DNA from: a virus
Taxonomy: Duplodnaviria > Caudoviricetes
DNA: 30,982 nucleotides
Direction: 5' to 3' (one strand)
IMG/VR virus record: IMGVR_UViG_3300032373_001140
Location: 1-30,982 of that record
Numbering within the stretch: position 1 is the stretch's first letter; each line of letters starts with the position of its first letter. The notes beneath the pieces are model-generated. The model ran no database searches. It had not been told where the DNA came from and was given only the letters and a program-made list of their open reading frames with translations. The translations under genes were made by a program, and so were the position numbers. Shown here in pieces: positions 8,019-17,132 of the stretch.

Positions 8019-9747
8019 AGCTGAACCCGGATCATCATTCGTTCTACCAAAGATCGAGATCGACTATCAGTCTTTTGGACGGGCCATTGAAGACTGGGCG
8101 GCAGAGACAGCGCCTGAAGGATATTATTTTGATGAGGTGGCGGCGGAAAAAGCGGCCAACTTCTTTCCGACGTTCTTGCGTCACACCACGGGTCGATGGG
8201 CCGGACAGCCGTTTCATCTGGATGAATGGCAACGCGCTGTCGTCCGCTGCATCTTTGGCTGGAAACGCCCTGATGGAACGCGGCGGTTTCGCCAGGTGTT
8301 TATCGAGATTGGCCGGAAAAACGGCAAGACCTCGTTCGCTGCAGGCATAGCGCTTTACATGACGTTCTGTGACGGTGAAGCGGGCGCGCAGGTCTATTCA
8401 GTCGCCAACGATAAAGACCAGGCGAAGATCTGTTTTGCGGAAGCTGTTAAAATGAGGGGGCTGTCGGATGCCTTGCGCAAGCGCTCGATCGCTTACAAAA
8501 CATCGCTGGTCGTTGGCAAGATGGGGGCATCGTTCAAGCCCTTGAGTTCGATTGTTAAATCCAAGCACGGGTTTAACACTCATTGTGCAATTTACGACGA
8601 GGTCCATGAATTCAAGTCGCGTGATCTGCATGATGTTATCCATACATCGACCGGGTCCCGCACCCAGCCGTTGGAGATCGAGATCACCACGGCGGGAGAA
8701 GAGGGTCTTTCGATCTGGGCCGAGCATCATGAATATGCGGAAAAGGTTCGTGATCAGATTATTAATGATCCGGACTTTCTGCCGGTCTTGTTTTGCGCCG
8801 ACAAGGATGACGACTGGACGGCTCCGGAGACCTGGCTGAAAGCAAACCCTGGTTTGGGTCGAACGATCAGCGTCGAGTATATCGCAAAGGAATGCGCCCG
8901 CGCCCAAGTGGTGCCTGGGTTCAAGAATACGTTTCTGCGCCTGCACCTGAATGTGCGCACGGAAAAGGCGTCGAAGTGGCTGTCGATGCAGTCATGGGAC
9001 GACTGTGACGGTGCGGTCATCGCAGCGGAACTTGAGGGCCGGGAATGTTATGGCGGGCTGGACCTGTCGAGTAAGTCAGATTTAACGGCGCTGGCGTTGA
9101 TCTTCCCGCCGATTGAGGAAGGTGAACCGTGGAAATGCTTGGTCTGGTGCTGGTGCCCGGCTGACAACATCAAGGCGCGCGCAGACAGGGACCGCGTCCC
9201 TTATCCGCAATGGCGCGATGAAGGGTTGCTGGAAGCGACCGAGGGCAATGTTGTTGACTATGATTTGATGCGGGCACGGATATCCGGCGCGGACGTCTTT
9301 CGAAATTTGTCTCAATTGCCAGGGACGGTGGCGGAACTGGTAGAGACGGACCCGGAGTTTACTGCGATCGCCGAGCGGTTTGATATTCAGGAGATCGCCT
9401 ATGACCGCTGGAACTCATCGCAACTGGTAAACCAGCTGGTCGAAGACGGGCACACGATGGTGCCGTTCGGCCAGGGTTATGCGTCGATGGCCGCACCAAC
9501 CAAGGAGTTGGGCGAGAAACTGATTCCCGGCGGGCAGTTGGCCCACGGTGGGAACAAACTTCTTCGCTGGTGTGCGTCGAACATCAAGACCCGCCAGGAC
9601 CCGGCGGGCAACCTGAAGCCCGACCGGGAAAAGAGTTCAGAGAAAATTGACCCGATGGTCGCCCTCATCATGGCGCTGGGGCGGGCGATGTTGGCTGAAA
9701 ATGACGAAACCGTAATCGAATACACCTCCGGCCAAATGTTCGGATAA
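7990..9747 (+). CDS. terL: Terminase large subunit
   Basis: Walker A GRKNGKT, Walker B AIYDEVH, ITTAG, nuclease GGLDLS..SDL, KIDPMVALIMA. Confidence 0.97.
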   Translation: MNTSAAPVTKAEPGSSFVLPKIEIDYQSFGRAIEDWAAETAPEGYYFDEVAAEKAANFFPTFLRHTTGRWAGQPFHLDEWQRAVVRCIFGWKRPDGTRRFRQVFIEIGRKNGKTSFAAGIALYMTFCDGEAGAQVYSVANDKDQAKICFAEAVKMRGLSDALRKRSIAYKTSLVVGKMGASFKPLSSIVKSKHGFNTHCAIYDEVHEFKSRDLHDVIHTSTGSRTQPLEIEITTAGEEGLSIWAEHHEYAEKVRDQIINDPDFLPVLFCADKDDDWTAPETWLKANPGLGRTISVEYIAKECARAQVVPGFKNTFLRLHLNVRTEKASKWLSMQSWDDCDGAVIAAELEGRECYGGLDLSSKSDLTALALIFPPIEEGEPWKCLVWCWCPADNIKARADRDRVPYPQWRDEGLLEATEGNVVDYDLMRARISGADVFRNLSQLPGTVAELVETDPEFTAIAERFDIQEIAYDRWNSSQLVNQLVEDGHTMVPFGQGYASMAAPTKELGEKLIPGGQLAHGGNKLLRWCASNIKTRQDPAGNLKPDREKSSEKIDPMVALIMALGRAMLAENDETVIEYTSGQMFG

Positions 9748-9757
9748 AGGGAACTTC

Positions 9758-11023
9758 ATGGGATTTCTGGTAAAAGCGGCGCGGCGGATGGAGGGTTTGT
9801 TCAGACCGAGTGCCTCGTTGACCGAGTTTGGCTCGGTCGAGGAGTTGGCGCAGGCGATCGGACTGGCGATGAATGGCGGCCCGACCAAATCCGGTGTTTC
9901 AGTCAACTCCAAACGCGCTGAACAGGTGGCGGCGGTTTACGCTTGCATCCGGGTTCTGGCCGACAGCGTCGCTCAATTGCCCTTGGTGCTGTATCAGAAA
10001 GACGGAAAATCACGTTTGCCGATGCGCGATGATCCGCTGTTTCAAATTCTGCATTCCCGGCCCAACGACTGGCAGACCCAGTTCGAGTGGATCGAGATGA
10101 TGCAGCGCGATTTACTGATGCGCGGCAACGCATATTCACTGAAGGTGATGGGGGTTGGGGGGCGACTGCTGGAACTGATCCGGCTGCATCCCGACCGGGT
10201 GACACCGAAACAGAATCCGCTGACGCTGGAGGTCACCTATGAGGTGACCGGTGAACAGGGTAAAAAGACCACGCTGCACCGCGAGGAAATGTTTCATGTG
10301 CGGGGTCCCGGTGATGACGGACTGATAGGGATGAGCCCGATCCAATGTCACCGTGAAACCATCGGCGATTCCATTGCCACGCAGGAACATGGTTCACGGT
10401 TTTTTTCCAATGGTGCAAAGCTGCTGGGTGTTATTGAAATGGAGCCGGGCGCGTCTTTTAATTCGGACGATTCGGAAAGATCGTTCAAAAGGGATTTTGA
10501 ATCTACCCATCAAGGTGGCGAGAATGCACACAAGACGGCGATCCTTCCTGCGGGCACCAAGTACAAACCGGTATCAATCACCATGAGGGATGCACAGTAC
10601 TTGGAGCTTCGCAAGTTCCAGCGCTCCGACATCGCCGGAATATTCAGAGTGCCGCCGCACATGATTGGTGATCTTGAAAAATCGACCAACAACAATATCG
10701 AGCACCAGGGACTGGGTTTTGTCATTCACAGTCTGGCCCCGTGGCTGGTTCGTTGGGAGCAGGCTATTGACCGCGATCTGCTGGACAACGACCCGTCTCG
10801 CTTCGTGAAGTTCAATGCCAACGGATTGCTGCGCGGCGACTTCAAGAGCCGCAATGAAGGCCTGAACATTCAGCGCCGTGCCGGGATCATCACGGCCAAC
10901 GAATGGCGAGAACTGGAAGACATGAACCCACGCTCTGATCCAGGCGGGGATGACTACATTGTCGAGGTAAATATGCGACCCGATGATGGCCGTAACCCGA
11001 CGGAAGGAAGTGAGACGTTATGA
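9758..11023 (+). CDS. Phage portal protein, HK97 family
   Basis: AVYACIRVLADSVAQLPL, RPNDWQT, GNAY, FFSNGA, IAGIFRVPPHMIG, NNIEHQ. Confidence 0.96.
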   Translation: MGFLVKAARRMEGLFRPSASLTEFGSVEELAQAIGLAMNGGPTKSGVSVNSKRAEQVAAVYACIRVLADSVAQLPLVLYQKDGKSRLPMRDDPLFQILHSRPNDWQTQFEWIEMMQRDLLMRGNAYSLKVMGVGGRLLELIRLHPDRVTPKQNPLTLEVTYEVTGEQGKKTTLHREEMFHVRGPGDDGLIGMSPIQCHRETIGDSIATQEHGSRFFSNGAKLLGVIEMEPGASFNSDDSERSFKRDFESTHQGGENAHKTAILPAGTKYKPVSITMRDAQYLELRKFQRSDIAGIFRVPPHMIGDLEKSTNNNIEHQGLGFVIHSLAPWLVRWEQAIDRDLLDNDPSRFVKFNANGLLRGDFKSRNEGLNIQRRAGIITANEWRELEDMNPRSDPGGDDYIVEVNMRPDDGRNPTEGSETL

Positions 11024-11889
11024 AACCGAAACGCATTGCAGAAATTCAGGGCCGGGGCCATCAGGACCGGCCCTTTTTCAATCGTGCCAGCGGTCGCGCC
11101 TTCGGGGTTGAGGCGGCAGGTAGCACAGTGGAAATCGATCTCTATGACGAGATCGGGTACTGGGGTGTTTCGGCCAAGGATTTTCACAACACACTCAAAA
11201 ACATCACTGCATCAAGGATTGAGCTTTCCATCAACTCACCAGGCGGTGACGTGTTTGATGGCATCGCTATGTATAACGACCTGCTTAATCATCCCGCAGA
11301 GATCGTTGTTAATGTAACGGGTCTGGCGGCGTCGGCGGCGTCGCTGATCGCCATGGCCGGTGACAAGATTGTTATGGCTGCCAATTCATTCCTGATGATC
11401 CACAACGCCTGGGGACTGGCTGTCGGTAACCGTAACGACTTCCGGGACCTTGCCGATACGCTGGAGCAGATCGACGGCGCGCTGCGCGATACATATGTGG
11501 CGCGCACCGGGGTTGAGGCAAGCGAAGTTGGGGCAATGATGGATGCCGAAACCTGGTTGAAGGCGGATGCCGCTGTTGACCTGGGTTTCGCGGATTCAAC
11601 GTCTGGTGCGGTCGAAGCCAAGGCCGCATTTGATCTATCAATTTTCAACAACGTTCCGAGCGGGTTGGCGATGCAGGCCGAAAGGCCGAAGGCAACACCG
11701 ACAACCAGACGGGACATGGAACGGTTACTCACGCAGGACGCTGGGTTAACCCGTTCAGAGGCGCGTGTAGCTATGGCCGCACTCGAAGACCCCGCCGTTA
11801 TGCAGGACGCTAACGGAGAAAAGGCCACGCAGGACGCTGGCGCTAAAGAATTTGTCGCTGAGTTGCAGCGGCTTCGCAATCCATCGTAG
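11020..11889 (+). CDS. Head maturation protease, ClpP (S14) family
   Basis: INSPGGDVFDG, GLAASAAS (catalytic Ser), MIHNAW, ETW..A..AV..GFAD. Confidence 0.95.
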   Translation: MKPKRIAEIQGRGHQDRPFFNRASGRAFGVEAAGSTVEIDLYDEIGYWGVSAKDFHNTLKNITASRIELSINSPGGDVFDGIAMYNDLLNHPAEIVVNVTGLAASAASLIAMAGDKIVMAANSFLMIHNAWGLAVGNRNDFRDLADTLEQIDGALRDTYVARTGVEASEVGAMMDAETWLKADAAVDLGFADSTSGAVEAKAAFDLSIFNNVPSGLAMQAERPKATPTTRRDMERLLTQDAGLTRSEARVAMAALEDPAVMQDANGEKATQDAGAKEFVAELQRLRNPS

Positions 11890-11907
11890 CAAAAGGAGCA
11901 CCTTGCG

Positions 11908-13341
11908 ATGAAAACCAATATCATGAAGAAAATTGCCCTTGGCAGCACAATGCTGGCCGGGGTTCCCGTGTTTAACGGTCCGGCCCCGGCTCAAGTCAAG
12001 CTGGACACATCTGATCCAAAGGCCCTTGCCGAACAGATCAATTCCATCATGAACGAATTCCAGGCGGCCAACGATGACCGGCTGACGCAGTTGGAGGCGG
12101 GGGGTGAAGACCCGTTGACCACGGAAAAGGTCGAAAAGATCAACGCCAAAATCAGCGACCTGACCGATGCCATGGATGTGGCCCTCAAGGATGTTGCGCG
12201 GATGAAGACGTCGGCTGGTGGATTGGCGAATGACAATCAGCGTGTGCAGAATGCGGCGAAGTTCTTTTCGCTGGCGCAAGGTATTCCGTTGCGTGAAGTC
12301 GAGGCGGCGGGGCCGGACATGCAGGCTTATGCTGAATATCGCGCGGCCTTTGACCAACTGATCCGGCATGGCGGTATCTCGGATGGTCTGAGCAGCGATT
12401 TTCGAAACGCCCTGTCGGTGGGTTCTGATCCGGATGGCGGAGTTCATGTTCCGGCAGAAATCTCGACAGAACTGGAAAAACGGATTCACGATACCTCGGA
12501 AGTTCGCCAACACGCGCGCGTGATTACCATCGGTTCCGGGGCCTGGGAAGCGCCCTATAAAACATCCAAGGGGACTTCCGGTGGATGGGTCGGTGAACGC
12601 ACAGCACGCCCAGCCACGGGAACCGGGGCAACGGGCAAGCAGCGCATTGAGGTGCATGAGCAGTACGCTTATCCGGAAGTCACTCAGGAAATGCTCGACG
12701 ACGCTATGATTAATGTCGAAAGTATGCTGGTTGAGGATACCGAAGAAGAAATGGTGCGGACGGAAAACACCGCTTTCGTTTCCGGGAACGGCGTCCTTAA
12801 ACCCCGTGGTTTTCTTGACTACAAGACGGCGGCGGTGACCACGGATGACGCGAGCCGCGACTGGGGTTTGTTGCAATACACGCCATCAGGGGCTGCGGGT
12901 GGGTTCCCGACGGTGTCCGGAATTCAGGCGTCCGATCCGGATGCACTGATCACGTTGATGAGCAAGTTGAATCCGGGTTATCGGCAGGGTGCGATCTTCG
13001 CCATGAACCGCTCTGTTGAAGCAACGGTCCGCAAACTGAAAGATCAGGATGGCCGCTATCTGGTTGGCTTCGGTGATCTTCGCGAAAGCCCGTTTGGCTT
13101 CTCACTGCTGGGTACGCAGGTGGTCAACTTCGAAGATATGCCGGACATCGCGTCCGACAGTTATTCGATCGCCTACGGCAATTTCCGCCGGGGGTATTAC
13201 ATCATTGATCGCATCGGTTTCCGTGTCCTGCGTGACCCGTACACCAACAAGCCTTATGTCGGCTTCTACATCACCAAGCGGACCGGCGGGGATGTGCGGA
13301 ACTTTGACGCCATCAAGCTGATGAAGTTCGCGACGACCTGA
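11908..13341 (+). CDS. Major capsid protein, HK97 fold
   Basis: LSVGSDPDGG..VP, WVGE...RP.T, E..AFVSGNG..KPRG, LRDPYTNKPYV.FY..KRTGG...FDAIKLMKF; RBS AAGGAG. Confidence 0.96.
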   Translation: MKTNIMKKIALGSTMLAGVPVFNGPAPAQVKLDTSDPKALAEQINSIMNEFQAANDDRLTQLEAGGEDPLTTEKVEKINAKISDLTDAMDVALKDVARMKTSAGGLANDNQRVQNAAKFFSLAQGIPLREVEAAGPDMQAYAEYRAAFDQLIRHGGISDGLSSDFRNALSVGSDPDGGVHVPAEISTELEKRIHDTSEVRQHARVITIGSGAWEAPYKTSKGTSGGWVGERTARPATGTGATGKQRIEVHEQYAYPEVTQEMLDDAMINVESMLVEDTEEEMVRTENTAFVSGNGVLKPRGFLDYKTAAVTTDDASRDWGLLQYTPSGAAGGFPTVSGIQASDPDALITLMSKLNPGYRQGAIFAMNRSVEATVRKLKDQDGRYLVGFGDLRESPFGFSLLGTQVVNFEDMPDIASDSYSIAYGNFRRGYYIIDRIGFRVLRDPYTNKPYVGFYITKRTGGDVRNFDAIKLMKFATT

Positions 13342-13368
13342 TAAGGCGGCTGATCATACCTGACTGAT

Positions 13369-13406
13369 CAGGGCGATTCCGGATATTCCGGGGTCGCCCT
13401 GCTTTT
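13369..13406 (+). terminator. Terminator-like hairpin after the capsid gene
   Basis: CAGGGCGATTCCGGA-TAT-TCCGGGGTCGCCCTG followed by CTTTT. Confidence 0.75.
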
Positions 13407-13440
13407 CCACAAAGTTTTAACCCAAGAAAGGAAGTGACCC

Positions 13441-13899
13441 ATGAGGGACCTTCATTCCAATATCAAGACGGTGTCGCATATCATCGGCTCCAAAACTACA
13501 ACCGTGACGCCTGCCAACGGCGTTGATCTGAAGGGTTTCGGTAGTGCCGAGTTCATCGCCCATATCGGAACCGTGACCAACATCGCCAACAGTCCGCAAC
13601 CAAGCTGGGCGTTCAAGCTTCAGGAGTCTGATGACGACTCCACCTTCACCGACGTTGTAACGGCGGCTGATGCTTTGGTCGGATCGGCGCAGTCGCCGGC
13701 GGCGGCCCCGGATTCGTCGACAGGTGTATTCCTGACGATTGATGCTGCGGCGGAAGATGATGCGGTTTACCGGATCGGCTACATCGGCACCAAGCGTTAT
13801 GTGCGGATGGTGGCAACGGCGGCCAATACACCGGGGGCAACGCCGATGAGTGTGGTTGCCGTTCTCGGTCATCCGTCACTGATGCCGACGGCGGACTGA
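13441..13899 (+). CDS. Putative capsid decoration/minor head protein
   Basis: Directly after MCP; beta-rich with GVDLKGF, KLQESDD..TFTDV and GY.GTKRYVR motifs typical of post-capsid proteins. Confidence 0.65.
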   Translation: MRDLHSNIKTVSHIIGSKTTTVTPANGVDLKGFGSAEFIAHIGTVTNIANSPQPSWAFKLQESDDDSTFTDVVTAADALVGSAQSPAAAPDSSTGVFLTIDAAAEDDAVYRIGYIGTKRYVRMVATAANTPGATPMSVVAVLGHPSLMPTAD

Positions 13900-13934
13900 A
13901 TCAGCACTGTTATCTGAGCAACAACAGACCAGTC

Positions 13935-13960
13935 GGGGGCGGGGGAACCCGGCCCCCTTT
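13935..13960 (+). terminator. GC hairpin with short T tract
   Basis: GGGGGCGGG-GGAA-CCCGGCCCCC-TTT. Confidence 0.5.
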
Positions 13961-13981
13961 GGATAAACCGAGGACCTGCAA

Positions 13982-14227
13982 ATGAAGAATATCAAGGTTG
14001 TTAAAACGTTCCCGCATTGCGTTGGCGATGATACCCACCCGACGACATTCGAGGCGGGTAAAACGTATAATGTCGATGACCGCACGTCTGAAGTCGCCCT
14101 CGGCGAAGGCTGGGCGACCAAGTCAAAAACCAAGGCGGCGGGTGAGAAGCCTTCCCTCCCTGACAAGACTGATGCAAATACCCCCGCCGGTTCAGGTGGC
14201 GGTGAGCTTGACCTGGGAAAGGAATAG
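13982..14227 (+). CDS. Small post-capsid protein (81 aa), ends in a G GGA AAG slippery site
   Basis: RBS GAGGA; compact N-terminal domain (IKVVKTF...FEAGKTYNV...ALGEGWA) plus a flexible K/A/G/P-rich tail. Confidence 0.8.
   Translation: MKNIKVVKTFPHCVGDDTHPTTFEAGKTYNVDDRTSEVALGEGWATKSKTKAAGEKPSLPDKTDANTPAGSGGGELDLGKE
14215..14221 (+). promoter_or_regulatory. Putative -1 ribosomal frameshift heptamer G GGA AAG
   Basis: X XXY YYZ in the correct phase (CTG GGA AAG GAA TAG); the -1 frame is open to 14838. Confidence 0.65.
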
Positions 14228-14838
14228 GGGTCCCGCGTTTATGGTCCGGAGAGACGGCGGTTGTCGCCGCCTCCGGGCCGTCACTGACGCAGGACCAGAT
14301 TGAGTATTGCCAGGGCAAGGGTCGGATACTGGTGGTTAACGACAGTTTCAGACTGGGGCCGTTCGCCGATGCACTCTACGCCTGTGACGGAGACTGGTGG
14401 GATCACTGGTGGCAACCGGGTTGTCCCAGCGGTGCTTCGGCATTCGTCGGTCAGAAATGGTCACAGGATGCCAGGGCGGCGGAAACATACGGCATCAACC
14501 GGGTGCCCAGTGTGGCCGAACTGGGCCTGTCGCTTGATCCGTTACGGATACACCTGGGCAGCAACTCTGGCTACCAAGCGCTGAACCTGGCGGTGTTGTT
14601 CGGGGCGTCGCGGATTTTACTGACTGGTTTCGACATGAAACTGAGTGTCGGCGGACAGCGTCACTTTTTTGGTGATCATCCAGGTAGCCTGAACAAGGCG
14701 TCCGATTACAACCAGTTCATCCGGGCGTTTCATACGACCGCTGATGATCTGAAAAGGGCCGGTGTCGAGGTTCTAAACTGTACGCCGGGAAGTGCGCTGG
14801 ATGCGTTTCCAATGGCAAAACTGGAGGATGTGATTTGA
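14215..14838 (+). CDS. Maf/DUF115 (MptE-like, CstII-related) glycosyltransferase-like domain, probably expressed as a frameshift fusion
   Basis: Frame open from 14212: AVVAASGPSL...ILVVND...ADALYACD...NSGYQALNLAVLFGASRILLTGFDM...HFFGDH...VLNCT. Confidence 0.7.
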   Translation, partial: GKGIGVPRLWSGETAVVAASGPSLTQDQIEYCQGKGRILVVNDSFRLGPFADALYACDGDWWDHWWQPGCPSGASAFVGQKWSQDARAAETYGINRVPSVAELGLSLDPLRIHLGSNSGYQALNLAVLFGASRILLTGFDMKLSVGGQRHFFGDHPGSLNKASDYNQFIRAFHTTADDLKRAGVEVLNCTPGSALDAFPMAKLEDVI

Positions 14839-15404
14839 GCGAACTGGCCGTAACCGAGCGGGAAAAATACAGGGCGGTCTGGGATATGCCGGTCTACCGG
14901 GTCAAGTCCCACAGCCTTGCCTTGTGGAATATGAATCGCGACGTTTTCCCGGAAATGTTTGTCAGTGCGCTCGATATTGGCTGCGGTCTGGGCCGCTTGT
15001 TCGGTCACCTGAACGATGAAGGGTTTGACGCTTGGGCCTTCGATATTGCCGACAATGCACTGGAACCGGAAATTCGTGAACAGTGGGGCCATAAGTTCCG
15101 GCAGGGTGTGCTCTGGGACATGGTCTGGGACCGGCGTTTCGATGTCGGGGTCTGCACAGATGTCATGGAGCATATCCCGGAATGCCATGTCCCAGCGGTA
15201 TTGCTCGCCATTGCCGAATGCTGCGACGTGACGATCTTCAAGATTGCCAACTTTCCAAGCCGGTCGCTGGGGCTCGATCTGCATCTGACCATGCGGGACG
15301 CGGAATGGTGGACCGACCAGATGCAGCTTGCCGGTGGTGTGGTTGAGCGATTGGATATTGCAACCTCGAAAACGGAGTATTTTTTCAGATGGACCTGCGT
15401 GTAG
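14835..15404 (+). CDS. Class I SAM-dependent methyltransferase
   Basis: Motif I ALDIGCGLGR, FDVGVCTDVMEHIP; TTGA overlap and GGAGG RBS. Confidence 0.88.
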   Translation: MSELAVTEREKYRAVWDMPVYRVKSHSLALWNMNRDVFPEMFVSALDIGCGLGRLFGHLNDEGFDAWAFDIADNALEPEIREQWGHKFRQGVLWDMVWDRRFDVGVCTDVMEHIPECHVPAVLLAIAECCDVTIFKIANFPSRSLGLDLHLTMRDAEWWTDQMQLAGGVVERLDIATSKTEYFFRWTCV

Positions 15405-16180
15405 CTATTATCCCGCGCCACGCCTATGCGGCCCCCAGGCTGGCCGCCTTTGCGGACGGATTGCGGGCACACGGGATTGAGCCGGATGCGGACCCCGCTG
15501 ATTGCGATCTGGCGGTGGTCTGGGGTGTGGGTGACCGCGCGGTGATTGAGCGCCAGGCCAATCAGGGGCGTGACGTGCTGGTCATGGAGCAGGGATATAT
15601 CGGTGACCGGGCGGAGTATACATCGTGCGGATTTAACGGGCTCAATGGACGCGCGGATTTTGTGCTTAATAATATGCCGCGTGATCGATGGCAAAAACAC
15701 AAGGACCTGCTGCGGCCTTGGCGGAAAAGAGGGTCCGGTGAATTCATCGTAATCATGGGCCAGCTGCCTGGTGATCAGGCGTTATCTGGGGTTGACTTCA
15801 GGGCCTGGGTTCATTCCTCGGCGGCTTGGTTTGGGGAAAATGCGCCTGACGTTCGGGTTGTTTATCGCCAGCATCCAAATGGCAGTCTGCGCGTCGAGAT
15901 TCCGGAAGTGACGGGCTCGCTGGAGCAATGTCTGAAACATGCCGCAATGGTAGTGACTTTCAATTCAAACAGCGGTGTTGATGGCGCGCTGGCCGGAGTG
16001 CCGGTGATAGCGGTTGATGCGGGTTCGATGGCGCGGGCAGTGGCGGCGCATGAGTTGACGATCAACCCGCCCCGGCCTGACCGGGCGCAATGGGCGAGAG
16101 AGTTGGCCTACTGCCAGTGGACGACGGCGGAAATTGCCGATGGACGGGCGTGGGATCATTTGAAGTGGAGATATCAATGA
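15389..16180 (+). CDS. GT-B-like transferase related to the KpsS/KpsC (GT107, capsule synthesis) family
   Basis: VMEQGY, QxxxD (GQLPGD), YRQHP, VVTFNSNSGVDGALAGVPV. Confidence 0.65.
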   Translation: MDLRVAIIPRHAYAAPRLAAFADGLRAHGIEPDADPADCDLAVVWGVGDRAVIERQANQGRDVLVMEQGYIGDRAEYTSCGFNGLNGRADFVLNNMPRDRWQKHKDLLRPWRKRGSGEFIVIMGQLPGDQALSGVDFRAWVHSSAAWFGENAPDVRVVYRQHPNGSLRVEIPEVTGSLEQCLKHAAMVVTFNSNSGVDGALAGVPVIAVDAGSMARAVAAHELTINPPRPDRAQWARELAYCQWTTAEIADGRAWDHLKWRYQ

Positions 16181-16812
16181 GCAGCCTTGCCCTGGTAACT
16201 GCCCCGGCAGGTGAACCACTGACTCTGGTTAGGGTACGCAGTCATCTTCGTCTCGATGCGACGGGATCACCGGCGACCCATCCCGATGATGACGATTTGA
16301 ATGCTTTTATTACGGCTGCGCGTGAGAGGGTTGAGGGGCGAAACGGCTACCTGCGGCGCGCCCTGGTGAGTCAGATATGGGATTATAAACTAGACGATTT
16401 CCCGAGCGCTAGAGGGTCTATCCGTATCCCCTTGCCGCCGTTGATCTCGGTCGGATCGATTTCTTATGTTGATTCAGACGGCGTCTCACAGACGCTGGCC
16501 GCCAGCGTCTATGATGTCGACACGGCCCCGGCACCGGGCGAAATCCACCTGGCCTGGAATCAGACATGGCCGTCAGCGAGAAACCAGAAAAATGCAGTGA
16601 CGGTGCGTTTCACAGCGGGGTATGCAGTTACCAACTCACCGGTATCGGATTATGGCGAGAACGTACCCAAACCGATCCTGCAGGCGATGTTGCTGATGAT
16701 TGGTGACTGGTACAACAACCGTGAAGAAACGGTGGTCGGATCAATCACCAGCCAGATTCCCATGGGGGTAAAAGCGTTGCTGTCGCCTTACCGGATATAT
16801 GGTGGGTTCTGA
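16177..16812 (+). CDS. Head-tail connector/adaptor (gp6/phiE125 gp8-like)
   Basis: PAGEPLTL....HLR, ITAARE..E, VRFTAGY, VP..I.QA.L..IGDWYNNRE, LLSPYR. Confidence 0.92.
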   Translation: MSSLALVTAPAGEPLTLVRVRSHLRLDATGSPATHPDDDDLNAFITAARERVEGRNGYLRRALVSQIWDYKLDDFPSARGSIRIPLPPLISVGSISYVDSDGVSQTLAASVYDVDTAPAPGEIHLAWNQTWPSARNQKNAVTVRFTAGYAVTNSPVSDYGENVPKPILQAMLLMIGDWYNNREETVVGSITSQIPMGVKALLSPYRIYGGF

Positions 16813-17132
16813 TGCGTGCCGGACGCCTTGATCGGCGGATTTCGATCGAGCAATCGACGCCGTCGACAGACGCCATGGGTGAGCCGGTCGATGGCTGGGC
16901 GGAACTGGCGGCGGTGTGGGCCGAGGTGCGGTTCCAGACCGGGCGCGAAGTGATGGCCGGGGGTGGCGAGCAGGCGGAAGCGGATGTGATGTTTTTTATT
17001 CGCTACCGTTCTGATGTGACAACCGACATGCGGATTGCCTATGCGGGTGATACCTACGACATCATCCGCCCGCCGCGCGAAATCGGGCGGCAGGCCGGGC
17101 TGGAAATTTTAGCCCGCGCCCCGGTCGCCTGA
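16812..17132 (+). CDS. Head closure/head-tail joining protein (SPP1 gp16-like)
   Basis: MRAGRLDRRISI, W......VWAEV....GRE, IRYR.DVT.DMRI. Confidence 0.92.
   Translation: MRAGRLDRRISIEQSTPSTDAMGEPVDGWAELAAVWAEVRFQTGREVMAGGGEQAEADVMFFIRYRSDVTTDMRIAYAGDTYDIIRPPREIGRQAGLEILARAPVA

Noticed and set aside
7902-9327. QLPGT shared by the TerS tail and the TerL insertion
   Set aside because: A five-residue match is plausible by chance and there is no other support
14332-14334. GTG start for the Maf-like ORF as given in the track
   Set aside because: It would delete the conserved SGPSL motif and has no RBS
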